DNA from: Laetmonice hystrix
Taxonomy: Eukaryota
Reading direction: 5' to 3'
NCBI GenBank assembly: GCA_965235115.1
Contig: OZ249436.1
Coordinates: 40,736,001-40,800,000 of the forward strand
Length of the DNA: 64,000 nucleotides
The notes under the pieces were generated by a model. It was not told where the DNA came from. It ran no database searches and saw only the letters and a program-made list of their open reading frames with translations. This document shows positions 50,243 to 63,530 of the stretch, one piece after another (position 1 is the stretch's first letter; every line of letters starts with the position of its first letter). The translations under genes and the position numbers were made by a program.

Positions 50243-51845
50243 AGGCCCTGTAACACTGTTGCGTATAGTACGAGCGTATGCCAGCGTATACGAAAAGTAT
50301 TACTCATACGCTGGTTTCGCCGACACGGCGTAAAACCACCATTACTCACTCATACGCTGGTGTACGCTGACATACGCTAGGGGTACGTTAGGCATAGGTT
50401 GTATACGTTTCAAGCACGCTGGCATACGCTAGGGGTACGTTAGGCATAGGCTGTATACGTTTTAAGCACGTTGGCATACGCTAGGGGCACGTTAGGCATA
50501 GGTTGTATACGTTTCAAGCACGCTGGCATACGCTGACATACGCTAGGGGTACGTTAGGCATAGGCTGTATACGTTTTAAAGGTCCCCTAGTTACTCTCCC
50601 CCCGTTCCAGTTAGTCAATGTGTACCCACATGTGAAATATGATGTCTCACAGGCGCTGCAATGTCGAGAAAACCGTGAAAGTGTGCTCCAGCCGGGGTCC
50701 CGAGTAAACACTGTCCATGTTATTGTTGTTGAGTTCAAATCTGCCGCTGTCGACAAATGGCGCTATGACTGACGTCATTGCATCAACCATCCCATAATAC
50801 CCCGCTAGGCCGCTTCCGGGGAATGCCCCACCGCCCCACGCCCCGCAACACACGCTGGGCCATTTCAGTCGATGCTCGCACCTCGGTACGTGGAGGAGCA
50901 AACTAGTACTGGTATTGGCTATAGACTATATACTAAGATAAAATATTCATCGCTCATCCTCTGCTGAGAAAACGGGGCTTGTTGTAGGCCTAGTGGCTAC
51001 ACTAAAACGGTTGCCAGAGGAGTCTGCTACGCGAGGAGTGTGCTCGGTGTGCTACTCGTTCTGTGCTACGCGACTCAGCCGAGCTGCCGAGGCCCCCGTT
51101 AACACGCGCATAAGGAGGGGTGCTATTTACTCGAACTTTACACTAGCATATAATATTTCTATGTTGTAGACTCTAGTCTAAGTCTGATAACGATGCGTAG
51201 CGTAGTTTATGAAAAATCGCGAGTTCAAAATGAGTGTGTGCCAGCGGCAGCCTTCCCACCCGCGGGGCGAACCGTGACGCCGCCGTCCCTCTCAGAGCAC
51301 CGCCGTTCGTCGGGCTGCCACTCACTGACTCAGTGACACGTTCGGCAGGCGAGGGCCGGGGTGGGGGGTGTCTGTGTGTGTCGGGACCGCAGTAGGGGGC
51401 CCGGAGCCCGTTCCCCTAACATGCCTAACCTCCTCTTCGCTGTCCGCCATTTTCCGCGTGCTCCTCTCGGGAAGTAGATGCAGTCACGTGGTTATGCGCG
51501 CGCATCGACGGAATTCCCCCCTTACCCAGCCGAGGCAACATGGCAAAATGGCGCGGAGACGCAGGCATGATACTATCATGGTACATCGTCGGTTCTCACA
51601 GTAAATCGGGTTGGTTCCACTCAAATTTATTACGATAAGTGCAGGGGATCCATATGGGAGGGGTCAACTTCCTGGGGCGAAGAAATAGTGCCACTTTAAG
51701 CACGTTTGCATACGCTGACATACGCTAGGGGTACGTTAGGCATAGGTTGTATACGTTTCAAGCACGCTGGCATACGCTGACATACGATGAGGCAGAAATA
51801 AATGTCTAAGCATGCTTAAAAATTCTTTGCGTATGCGGACGTATG
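50243..51845 (+). mobile_element. Non-autonomous element with internal CATACGCTAGGGGTACGTTAGGCATAGG repeats, split by an insertion
   Basis: Starts TTAA|AGGCCCTGTAACAC. Repeat units of ~50-60 bp at 50350-50579 resume at 51696-51790. Right end not defined. Confidence 0.65.
50580..51695. mobile_element. 1.1 kb TTAA-target (Kolobok-like) element nested in a repeat unit
   Basis: ACGTT(TTAA)|AGGTCCCCTAG ... ATAGTGCCACT|(TTAA)GCACG; removal restores the unit TATACGTTTTAAGCACG. Confidence 0.82.
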
Positions 51846-54800
51846 TGATATTTTAGTATTTCGTTTTTTTTCTGAGACGCCCTGTATAACAGTAGATGTA
51901 ACACTTCATATTACATATTTCTATTTGCGGGTCATATCTCTCGAGTAAATTGTTGACAGAGGCGTGCCCATCTGCTCTCCACAGACCGTGGATAGAGCAG
52001 ACATTTATGGTTTCTGAACAACCTTTCCTGTAATTTCCGGATAGCATCACCGACAGTGAGGGTAGTCATCACTAAGAGTTAGCCGTGAAATCGTCCGTCC
52101 GAACTATTATTACATCTGCGCACAATGACAGACCTTTCGCCCCAATGTCCGGCACCATCCACGTAGATTACGCTCCGAGTAATCCTCCGTGAAATAAAGC
52201 ACATTTCACCAGAATGGCTCACAAATAATCACTACGCCGCCGCTGTGCGCCTTATCCTGCCGCGCAGCAAGCAAGAAAAAGTTCCATAATAGGCTACCTG
52301 GCAAACTCCCTTCGGCTTCAGCCTCAGACCTTTTTAAGGAGTATCTATATTATTATCTAGTTTAAATACTCAAGAAGAAACTCTGTGTTATCTTGAAATC
52401 GACTTACACAGCGTTAATTTCCCCTGCTGGTTCCCTGCGTGTGCCACGAAGAACAGGGGACCAGCAGGCTGAAAATAGCCCACCGGTGTGGCTTTCTCAG
52501 GGGCCAAGGATGCCAGAGATAATTACGGAGAAATCAGAGTCTGGTACAAGAGGGTGTCTGGCACCATAGGCGCCGGAAGCGGGGGGGGGGGGCTAATAAT
52601 CTGGGTTGGCATCATAATCTGTGGTCTCGAATGAAAGAAAATGCATGTTTTTTACCGTTGAAACCAAGGTCAAGGCCCCCCATAATTTGCTTCCGGTCTG
52701 GTACACTTAGAAATCATATACTAAATCGGTTTTGAACCAGGCAAATACACCTGAACCTCCACCCAACGTAGAATAAATATTGCCCGGGTGGAAATTTGAG
52801 TGGCGAATGAGCAACATGACCCTTCAGAATTAGATGCATATCGGCAAGGTCATGGACCTCCAGAAATCTGCACGGTATTTTCAATTAGTGTCCTGGTTGC
52901 TAAGGTAAAGTATGGTAGGACCGTTTTTTCCTGACGATGTTATCAATGTCATTAAATGTCGATAAATAAACTTTTCGTAATTAACAACTCCTTGAATATT
53001 TTGTCCCGTGTGACAAAGATGACAAATGGGATCCAGGATCTTCGTGCGTAAATTTCCGTTCCTTAAATTTGTCATTCGGAAGATTTTTGTGCAATGATCG
53101 ATACTAAACCACAAACCGTTACAAACCCGTTCAAAAAAATGGAATGCACTAAAATCAATGTAAGAAAAATACCTGCTGCATTACTCAACAGTTTTGAGCC
53201 TTCAAAAAACCAACAGAAGAAATAACAACCCAAGTTTACGAAACACTTCCAGGCGAGAAATATTTTAAAAGGGAATCTACGATACGAGGCCTACATGAGT
53301 TATTAAGCGCGCCTCCTTGCGGTGCGTGCATGCAACATGTATAGGCTATACTTTGATAACCATCACGAGTCAGCCAACCTTTCCGGCGAGCGGAGGCCAC
53401 TTAGTATAGCTTTTCGACACGAGTTGGCTATCCGACCCCAGCGATCAGAGCCTACCTGCATGCCTTGTATCCGGCTACATCACTTAGAACAGTTTTTATG
53501 AGATCTCGGCACACCACGATGCCTTCGTCGGGAAACTTTCATGTCAGTGCATCCCGCTGTATCAGCCTATATTGTCAAAGTGACGTTGGATGGCACCATT
53601 TTGGGCCAGTTTGGTCTCATCCTGTGGACAGGGTCAAAGATGATGCTTAAAGGGCTAAAGACTGATCAGGTATATGTCCACATGGGCGATTGTTCTTGCG
53701 TCGTCCATGCGTCCAAGTGAAATTCCACAATTAAAGCAAAAAAATTGTATGGCCGTGGACATGAACTTTAATGGAGGAATTTTCATTCCGTAAATTTTCT
53801 TGGCTGGCCTTCCCTGTTTCTGTGTTCCATCCTTTAATCTCAGTCAAATAAACGGATGATGTCAAAATCGCATGGACGTCGCAAGGACAATCGCCTGGGT
53901 GACATCCGTGCGATTTTTGATCTCAAGGTTGAGACTGGGCGTTAAACACCAACTACTTACTCACTCACTCTCAAGGTTGAAGATTTAAGGGCAGTATATT
54001 CTCGTGGTTCGTCCCTGATGTTCGGATTAGATCTCACAGACGTCGCATGGGCTTCAGTGTCCTTTGCAACGGGTTTCGATTTCTAACAAAATTGATGCGT
54101 TACCTCCCGCGGGCGGTTGTCATTCTCATGATCCCTATCATGTAGCAGTGCTAAACCATTAAAGTAACCTCAAGGGGGCATGCCCCCTCCCCAGATGCCT
54201 TCTGATCTCATGCAACCTGTCTGTAGAGATGTTGGACCAGACAAATGAACCATGGTATAAAATGATGTAGAGCTTCCCTACACACCCGAGCAGTCGGTCC
54301 TGCCAACGTTCCATTCTACAGGCTTCTTATTCATCTACTCACATTTCCGTTCAGAATAATTCGGGGCGCAAGCTAGACATGCATGTTGAAACAGACAGTT
54401 GTTTCCTGAGCAGAATAGTCGGAGACATACAATATTATTGATCGCTGCCTTTAGTTTAACGCTTTGTTTGAGTCACGCAGTATAAACAGGTCTGCGGTAT
54501 TACTGGATTGGGAAAACCCAAGATCGAAATCATACAATTGTTATTCAAGTTAAATGTGCGAACGCGGCCCCAGTTGGCACAAAGGAATATTCCTCTCAAA
54601 GATTCAAAGATTCAATTCCATAAGTGGGAGAGGGGGAAGGGTTGATTGGTAGTCAAACGACCCCCCGCTTTGCCGCTTGGCGCTATGACGTTGTGCTGCT
54701 GTTCCTATAGCAACATGTCTTGAGAGCTTGAACCTAGCGACAGTGTTATACATTGGACGTTACAGCTGCCTTGATAGGGTTGAGTGTTCCACTGAAGCCA

Positions 54801-55159
54801 ACATGGAGCAGTTTGATACATTGAATATTCCTTTTATGAGATAACGATCGATAACGTCAAAGGACACAAGAAAGGAATTTTATCCTCTTCGCCAAATCCT
54901 TAGTGAACCGGAATTACTGATAGCCAAGTGGGTTGGTTTAAAGGGGATCCAATGCTCAACCTACAGGATTTGATATCTCAGCGGTGCCCCATTAGGCCAA
55001 ATAAAAAAAGTTACTTGTTTAGCGTCCCCACCCGACCTGTGAAATGCCCCCGACCTGGATTTTTTTAATTTTTGATTTAAAAAAAAAGAAGTGTAAAAAC
55101 TGTCAAAGCAACGTCTTCCCACCTAAGAACAGTGTATAATGCCCGACGAGGGCGCCCTC

Positions 55160-58100
55160 TAGTTGGGTTATTTCTGGCACTTCCGTGACCGTGGAGTCCA
55201 AACAAAGGTTTGTCTATGGATTTGCCATCTTTGAGGGTTACTTTGAAAAGGGGAGTGGCGGTGGCCGAGTGGGCATGGGTGTCGAGACCTTATGCTATGC
55301 GAATGGGTGCAGTAATCTTGGGGCCGGGGTTCGATTCCTGTAGAGGACTATACAACTTTTCTCTTTAGGGACATTGTCAAAGTAATTGGGTTACCCCTGA
55401 TGCCCGTGCATTTTCAAAAAGAAAAATACAGTCTACGCCAGTGCCAGGATTACCTTAACAGTCAATGTTCGGTAAAAAACATGTGTAGCTCTATCTAGGA
55501 AAATATGGATTCCGTCTCATTTCGGAAGATGTGTGTAGGGGGGAGGGTCCATTGTCCTGCTCGACCATAAGGTCCTAATCAATATTCAGGTGGGGTATAT
55601 AGGTTCCTAATCACTACAGTCAGGATGGATATATAGGTTCCTAATCACTAGTCAGGTGGGGTATATAGGGACCTAATCACTACAGTCAGAAGGGGTACAT
55701 AAGGTCCTAACACAACTTTTCTCGTTAGGGACATTGTCAAAGTAATTGGGTTCCCCCTGATGCCCGTGCATTTCAAAAGAAAAATACAGTCAGAAGGGGT
55801 ACATAAGGTCCTAATCAATATTCAGGTGGAGTATAGGGACCTAATCGCTACAGTCAGGAGGGGTACATAAAGTCCTAATCACTACAGTCATGTGGGGTAT
55901 ATAGGGCCTAATCACTACAGTCAGGAGGGGTATATAGGGGCCTGATCACTACAGTCAGGTGGGTTATATAGGTTCCTAACCACTACAGTCAGGATGGATA
56001 TATAGGGGCCTAATCACAGCTCTATCTAGGAAAATATGGATTCCGTCTCATTTCGGAAGATGTGTGTAGGGGGGAGGGTCCATTGTCCTGCTCGACCACC
56101 AAAGCTCCTTTTTAAGGGGAGTGGCGGTGGCCTAGTGGGCATGGATGTCGACACCTTATGCTATGCGAATGGGTGCAGTAATCTTGGGGCCGGGGTTCGA
56201 TTCCTGTAGAGGACTATACAACTTTTCTCTTTAGGGACATTGTCAAAGTAATTGGGTTACCCCTGATGCCCGTGCATTTCAAAAGAAAAATACAGTCACG
56301 TGGGGTATATAGGGACCTAATCACTGCAGTCAGAAGGGGTACATAAAGTCCTAATCACGCGGTGGCCTAGTGGGCATGGATGTCGACACCTTATGCTATG
56401 CGAATGGGTGCAGTAATCTTAGGGCCTGGGTTCGATTCCTGTAGAGGACTATACAACTTTTCTCTTTAGGGACATTGTCAAAGTAATTGGGTTACCCCTG
56501 ATGCCCGTGCATTTCAAAAGAAAAATACAATCAGGTGGGATATATAGGGACCTAATCAGTAGTCAGGAGGGGTATATAGGGGCCTAATTACTACAGGCAG
56601 GTAGTAGTAGTGTAGTGATTAGGACCTTATATACCCCCACCTTACAGTAGTGATTAGGAACCTATATATACCACACCTGACTACACTTTTCTTTTGAAAT
56701 GCACGGGCATCAGGCGTAACCCAATTAGTTGTATAGTCCTCTACAGGAATCGAACCCCGGCCCCAAGATTACTGCACCCATTCGCATAGCATTAGGTTTC
56801 GACGCCCATGCCCACTCGGCCACCGCCACTTCCTAAAAAAGGAGCTTTGGTGGTCGAGCAGGACAATGGACCCTCCCCTCTACACACATCTTCCGAGATG
56901 AGACGGAATCCATATTTTCCTAGATAGAGCTACACATGATTTCTACCGAACATTGACTATTAAGATCATCCTGGCACTGGCGTAGACTGTATTATTCTTT
57001 TGAAATGCACGGGCATCAGGCGTAACCCAATTACTTTGACAATGTCCCTAAAGAGAAAAGTTGTATAGTCCTCTACAGGAATCGAACCCCGGCCCCAAGA
57101 TTACTGCACCCATTCGCATAGCATAAGGTTTCGACGCCCATGCCCACTCGGGCACCGCCACTTCCCTAAAAAAGGAAGCTTTGGTGGTCAAGCAGGACAA
57201 TGGACCCTCCCCTCTACACACATCTTCCGAGATGAGACGGAATCCATATTTTCCTAGATAGAGCTACCCATGATTTCTACCGAACATTGACTGTTAAGGT
57301 CATCCTGGCACTGGCGTAGATAGTGATTAGGTCCCTGTATACGCCACCTGTCTGTTATTAGGGCCCCATATACCCCACGTGACTGTAGTAATTAGGACTC
57401 TATTACCCCACCTGCCTGTCGTGATAAGGGGCCTGGATACGTGACCTGCCTGTAGTGATTAGGCTCCTATATACCCTACTTGACTACTGATTAGGTCCCT
57501 ATATAGCCGACCTGCCTGTCGTGATTAGGTCCCCATTTACCCCAACCGACTGTATTTTTCTTTTGAAATGCACGGGCATCAGGGGTAACCCAATTACTTT
57601 GACAATGTCCCTAAAGAGAAAAGTTGTATAGTCCTCTACAGGAATCGAACCCCGGCCCCAAGATTACTGCACCCATTCGCATAGCATAAGGTGTCGACAC
57701 CCATGCCCACTCGGCCACCGCCACTCCCCTAAAAAAGGAGCTTTGGTGTGATTAAATTTGAATTCCCTGACCCCCCCCCCCCCCCCAAAAAAAACACCAG
57801 AAAGCTTGCGTTGATCAGCATTACAGTCACACCATTGAGAGGCCTGTTTCAAACATGGTGAACGGCAGCCATCTTGGATTTCTCGGTCAAAACGAGGTCG
57901 AATCATTAAGAAAGTACCAAAAATGAATTCCTTGACCCCCAAAACCCCAGAAAGCATATGCTGATCAGCATTGTAGCCTAAACCATAGCAAAAGTAATTT
58001 TTAAGGTGGCCCCCGGCGGCCATTTTGGATTTTGGCCCCTTGCGAAGGTAGCCCACACTTTCGCGAGGGTCACCCTCGCTAATTTTTTAAAGTAACCCTC

Positions 58101-58173
58101 AAAGATGACAAATCCATATAAAAACCTTTGTTTGGACTCCACGGTCACGGAAGTGCCAGAAATGACCCAACTA
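55160..58173. mobile_element. Nested element with ~85-bp TIRs
   Basis: TAGTTGGGTTATTTCTGGCACTTCCGTGACCGTGGAGTCCAAACAAAGG... at 55160-55244, inverted at 58088-58173. GCCATYTTGGATTT motifs are present on the right arm only. Confidence 0.85.
55245..57748. repeat. Palindromic array of modules combining a tRNA-like head, conserved blocks and a 34-bp satellite
   Basis: tRNA-like heads (A-box TGGCCGAGTGG/TGGCCTAGTGG, B-box GGTTCGATTCC) on + at ~55250, 56116, 56359 and on - ending ~56833, 57165, 57729. Satellite AGGTGGGGTATATAGGTTCCTAATCACTACAGTC. Orientation flips at ~56600. Confidence 0.88.
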
Positions 58174-58721
58174 TCAGACTAAAGGCGTACCTGCATATTA
58201 ACATCGATGCCATTGGTTTTCCGGTCATTTCGGCTGCACTTTCACTTGAACAAAGACTTAAATAGAATTTTTATGTTTTCTTCTTTAAATTCTAGCTTGG
58301 AAGTTTTCATAGTCTTCTATACCTTTCTAACTTGCCGTCTGACCATGAATACCATGGGTGTCTTCTTCCTACAGCCACGCCACCGCTCCATTCATAGAAT
58401 AAAAAATAAAAATAAAAACCTCCCCTCGACCTGGAAAAATTTGACGAGGCGGACGCTAAACAAGTAACTTTTTTTTTTGGCCTTAGTGAGAGTGCGCGAT
58501 ATTTTCATCTATTCCATCTGTAATCGCTGACCACTATGGTGGCCCGGATGGCAAAGGAGGGCGCCTGTATTAGTGGGGCTTATAGGAACAATGACGCCTT
58601 GCTAATAAAAACTCGAAAGTTCCGGAGGTATACGTCCGTGTAAAACAATGGATGGTATGGCCCGGATACCAGCGCAGGGGGGGGGGGGGTAGTTAAGCTG
58701 CCTTGATAAGAGACAGATAGG

Positions 58722-58932
58722 GTAGCATGACCCTGAGTCGCCCACGTACCTTGAGTCGCCCACCCACCCTAAATAAAAACCATCTGACCTCTGGTGGATA
58801 ATTCAAGAACCACAAGAAAGAGTAAAACATGGGCTTTCAGATGACATCAGTTGTAATGGGTTGGTCTCAACCAATGCAGTGTTAATGTGGGTGGGCGACT
58901 CAAGGTACGTGGGCGACTCAGGGTCATGCTAC
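58722..58932. mobile_element. MITE with perfect ~45-bp TIRs
   Basis: GTAGCATGACCCTGAGTCGCCCACGTACCTTGAGTCGCCCACCCAC and its reverse complement; TSD unclear. Confidence 0.85.
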
Positions 58933-59333
58933 AGACCTAGCTTTCCCAGGCAAGCAGCTGTATGAACTACTGGAGTAGGGTCTGTCAAGATCAACGTTAC
59001 CGCACCTGCTATGTACACCAGGTTACAATGCGGTAAACCTGTATCTGACCTCACCTTTCTTCCTCATGTGACATGAAAGCAAAGACGTGCACAATTTTCT
59101 CTAGGCCCTTAATTTAACATTTTTACAATAGCAATTTTCATAACGTCATGAGAAACACAAATAAAACTAGTACATGGCAATGTGTTGCAGCGCAACAGCC
59201 GATCTCATTCCCCCATTCACGCTACGGCCCAATGAATGGCATTAAAAAGACATGACTTCCTATTCATGTTTAATAGTAACTATAGATTTATCTTGCACTG
59301 CTTTTCCATTACAGACATTTGACAATGTGTTTA

Positions 59334-59689
59334 CAGACCTGCCAAAACTCCCGCTTAGGCGGGAGAACTCCCGAATTTGGGGGGTATTTGCCCTTTTCTC
59401 CCGAACTCCCGACTGACCTCTGACCGACTGACCGCCTGCATGCATTCGCAGAAAAAGACAGTTGATGGTGCTCACATGTGGCCTCTCTGCCGTTCTTTGG
59501 CCTATCTCTGCATGCGCCCCCTCATGAATTATGGATAAGAATATTAATACTTGTATTTACAAGACGTTTGATCACTGGTACCGTTTATCTCCCGCTTGAG
59601 ATTACCTCAAGTGGGAGATTCTCCAGTAGTAAGAAGGCCCTTCTTACTACTTTCTCCCGCTTGGTAGGCAAAAAGATTTGACAGGTCTG
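59334..59689. mobile_element. hAT-like MITE, possible 6-bp TSD
   Basis: TGTTTA|CAGACCTGCCAAA ... TTTGACAGGTCTG|TCTTTA, with CTCCCG subterminal motifs. Confidence 0.72.
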
Positions 59690-59895
59690 TCTTTAAAGTA
59701 AGGCATGTCCTAATTTGACCTTTCAGGTTCACTCCAGGTTAACGGCAATGGTACCAAAAACCCATATACGAGTTCCTATTTGTAATTAATTATAACCATA
59801 GGCTTATGTTACGTCGTTTCCAAGATAATAGCTATCTAAGATGTCGACATCGCAGAACCTGCTTTTAACCTCTACTTCCATTATGCTACTCATAT

Positions 59896-60749
59896 ATCGG
59901 GTGGATAAAAAAAAACGCCCCGAACTTTAAACTTTAATATTTCAAACACTATGCATTATAATTCAATAAAATTTCTCTCAATATCACTTCATGATATTAT
60001 CTCTGGTATGTTAAAGTTTCAGCTCAATAGCTTTAATAATAATCCCGTGGCGCTAAAAACAAAAATCAGTGTCTAAAATCGCAATGCCGGAATTAGGTCA
60101 AATATCATGCCGCTGCCAGGTGTCCAATTTGACACCTGTTTGATGCACCGCATTGTATCTTGGGTTTAAAGAATCAAAATTTAGTTTTTGCATGTTTTAC
60201 AATATGTATAATGTTGTGGACCACTAGATTTAATAAAATATGTGCTATTCCTAGTACTTTTAGAGAAAAAGAGATGTTTAATGTGCCAAACCCTACACAG
60301 AAACTGCAACCTTAAGACGATATGACTGTAAGGAGAAGTTCAAGGGAAATCGTATCATTATCACGTTTAGCAACACATTCAGAACGTTTCGTATTTCCCA
60401 ATGTTGGCAAGATATTTCCCTATCAGAGATCAGGAAGTGCATTGGCTCATGGAAAAAGAGACTGAGAGCAGTATGGAGTGAAAACGGGGGACCGATTGAC
60501 CACCTACTCTAGTGTGAGGCCAGGGACTCTGGGTGCGACTACCACTCGCTTGAGGCCGGCATTGCGCTTTTGTACAACGATTTTTGTTTTAAGCCCCACG
60601 GAAATATTATCCAAGCTATTGAGTTGTAACATTAACAACTAAGAGACAACATCATGAAGTGATATTAAGAAAAATTTCATTGAATTACAATAATTACTTT
60701 TTGAGATATTGAAGTTTAAAGTTCGGGGCGTTTTTTTTATCCACCCGAA
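59896..60749. mobile_element. Tc1/mariner-like non-autonomous element with ~200-bp TIRs
   Basis: TCGGGTGGATAAAAAAAAACGCCCCGAACTTTAAACTT...AATGCCGG inverted at ~60555-60749; TA flanks. Confidence 0.88.
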
Positions 60750-62103
60750 TACATGCAGAGCTCTGTGACAGGATCCCGCTGTTAGGTCTAGAACAAACCT
60801 AATACGTCATAGCGTAATTAATGACGTTACGTCATATGACGTTATATACGTCACATGCAGATTGAGGTATAGAGTCTACCAGTATCAATATGCCCACCGT
60901 CCGTGTGTTAGTACCATGCGTCATTGTTAGGTTATCCCTTATGCCATTATGACGTCACTGTTAGCCTGATTAAATCCTTTCATAACTACTTCCTGTGAAA
61001 CAGGTGTGAGAGTAACAATCCGTCTGTGAACTGGGCCCATCAGGCGGAAAACAATACCCATATAGATTAATCATCTGGCCAGATAAATTAGCTGGCGGCC
61101 GCTACATAATTTATGTAAAAAAAAACGATTATCTGGCGGCCGCCAGATAATTTCAGAATTATCAACCGTGTGGCACTATAGGCCTGTAAGGGTCTTCCGT
61201 AGTACGGAGTTCGAGTTCAAAAAGATTAAATTAGAAATGCGCCTCAGCACATTGCAGTTCCTATAGGCCTACAACCTTAGATTATCAATGAAGAAATGCC
61301 GTAAATCTACAGGCCTAAATCTCGTCGGATATAAACTATCCGGTAGTTAGCATCAAAATCGGGAAGACTAATCTGATGGAATGTTGATCCTACCATACAT
61401 AACATTTATGCCTGCACAAAATGATTCTTTCCCGGTGTTTGTAAAACGCCGGGAATATTTGAGAATAGTAGGGGAAAATCACATGCGCTGACTTGATTCA
61501 CACATAACACTATGGCAATAGTAACTTGGTTGCACTTAACCAGATTAGCCCTCGCAGTTTGCGTCTGTTTTGGTTTCCATTCCCTTTCAGGGATTTCTTT
61601 TTTTGACATGACAACCCGTACCTTTACGACTTCTTCTTCCTGGCCTCCCACGAGTGAAGTGATTGTATGAGCAAACGCCGAGGGCATCCAAGGTGAACAC
61701 TGGCATTACCCCCCCCCCTTCACATAACATTCCCCTCGTATACCCCCAGGGGATTCGGTGTAGGATTATCCCGTTTGGATCCTATATAGTGACTAGATGT
61801 GCGCTACAACAGAGTACACCCCTGAGGTGACTGGCAGACTACAAAACGTTGGAGTGTCGGATAATCTGCTCTAGATGCGGATGCCTGGCCTTTGAAGATG
61901 AATGAGACGTTAATTGTGGACTAACACTTTTACCGTTCCTGTAGCCGCTTCTCTTTCACTGAAGTGATGAGTGTTATTGAAGTGCCCGGTCCCGAGTGAG
62001 TGGTAAGTCAGACATCGACAGAAGCATGAATGGCTCTACATGATAACCGCAGTCACAAAACATGAGTATTAAACTATTGGCATGAACATTTTTACTGATA
62101 TCA

Positions 62104-62356
62104 CAGGGGCGTATCCAGAAATTGGAAGGGGGGGTCCTAAGTTTAGATACTTCAGAGATGGCCTTAGGTCATTCTACTCTGGGAAATTACCCCCCCCCCC
62201 CCCCATCAAAATGCAATCTCAGAACGTCTTGTTTGGAAATATGAAGATTCCTTTGATTAAAATAATGCACTTTTTACACTCCGGTTTTACAAAAATGTCC
62301 TTAATTTTTTCAAGGGGGGGGGGGGGGGTCGGGAAACCCCCCTGGATACGCCACTG
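62104..62356. mobile_element. hAT-like MITE with 5-bp TSD (one mismatch)
   Basis: TATCA|CAGGGGCGTATCCAG ... CTGGATACGCCACTG|TATCC. Confidence 0.85.
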
Positions 62357-63139
62357 TATCCGACTGAATGAGGACCCGTGTATCTTTTCTCAGCGTTTTA
62401 ATATCTGTCAAACATGGACCTGTCAAACATGGGAAAGCGTAATATATTATTATGCCAAGGACTGACTTCTTAATCAGCATGCGCGACTGACGTCCAATTC
62501 TGGGAGCGACGCCCAATTCAGGCAAGCCGACAAATTTCCTCCGGGGGGTTAGTTTAAGGTGTTTGTGGGTTGGGGTTATTCGGGATTAGCTCGTCGGATG
62601 AGATTTGATGTGCCAATCGATCATTGACCGGTGACAGTAAATCATTTTGATGCCGTCACCGACATGGATTACCATCCTATATCATGTAAAATTGGCGTAT
62701 TTAGGCAAACATTGCCGTTCTCCTGGGTTTGCGACAACTCCCCCGAGTTTTGTTTCCCTGACCCCTTTGATATTCGCCTTCCTTTATACGCTTGTCGCAC
62801 CTTGGTATTTGCCCCGGAGCGACGTTATGAAATATTGGGATTCGCTCTCTGGGTTCACAACCCCGAAATCCGCGCGGTGTTGTCAAGGCAGTCGTTAGTA
62901 CTGGAGTGTGAGGTGAGATGATACACCTTGACGTGTGACTGTCACACGTGCATCGTCCCGGTAGGAGCGGCCTGCATGCGCGGCATTGATAACAGATAAC
63001 TCAACCCAACCCCTCAGGAATTTAAGTGGGGGTTGGCTACATTGAGCATCGATAAAAGCAGCTAGCCACAGGTACTCCCCCGGCCCACTGCACATACACA
63101 CACACTCCGGAATAAATGAGGGCTCTGGTTACATATTGA

Positions 63140-63530
63140 TCTCTCCCTGCTTGAAGTTGGCTGTCTCTGCTTGGAGTGGGATGCTCTCTGATTGGAGTGG
63201 GCTATCCTGCATGGATACTACTTGGATTGGGCTGTCTCTGCTTGGAGTGGGTTGTCTCCGCTTGGAGTGTGATATCTCTGCAGTGGGCTGTCTCTACTTG
63301 GAGTGGGATTTCTCGACTTGAAGATGGCTGTCTCTGCTTGGAGTGGGCTGCCTCTGCTTGGAGTGGGATATCCCTGCAGTGGGCTGTCTCTACTTGGAGT
63401 GGGATTTCTCGACTCGGAGTGTATTGTCTCTGCTTGGAGTGGACTGTCTCTGCTTGGGGTGGGCTGTCTCTGCTTGGAGTGGACTGTCTCTGCTTAGAGT
63501 GGACTGTCTCTGCTTGGAGTGGGCTTTCTC
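63140..63530. repeat. Degenerate 20-bp minisatellite
   Basis: GTGGRCTGTCTCTGCTTGGA units with a higher-order duplication. Confidence 0.9.

Larger units (their letters stand above)
54995..58482. mobile_element. PIF/Harbinger-like element (TTA TSD) enclosing a nested composite
   Basis: TTA|GGCCAAATAAAAAAAGTTACTTGTTTAGCGTCC ... GGACGCTAAACAAGTAACTTTTTTTTTTGGCC|TTA. Confidence 0.9.

Noticed and set aside
55250..55347. Functional tRNA genes (also at 44028-44102)
   Set aside because: A and B boxes are present but I could not build a proper cloverleaf, and the copies are embedded in repeat modules.
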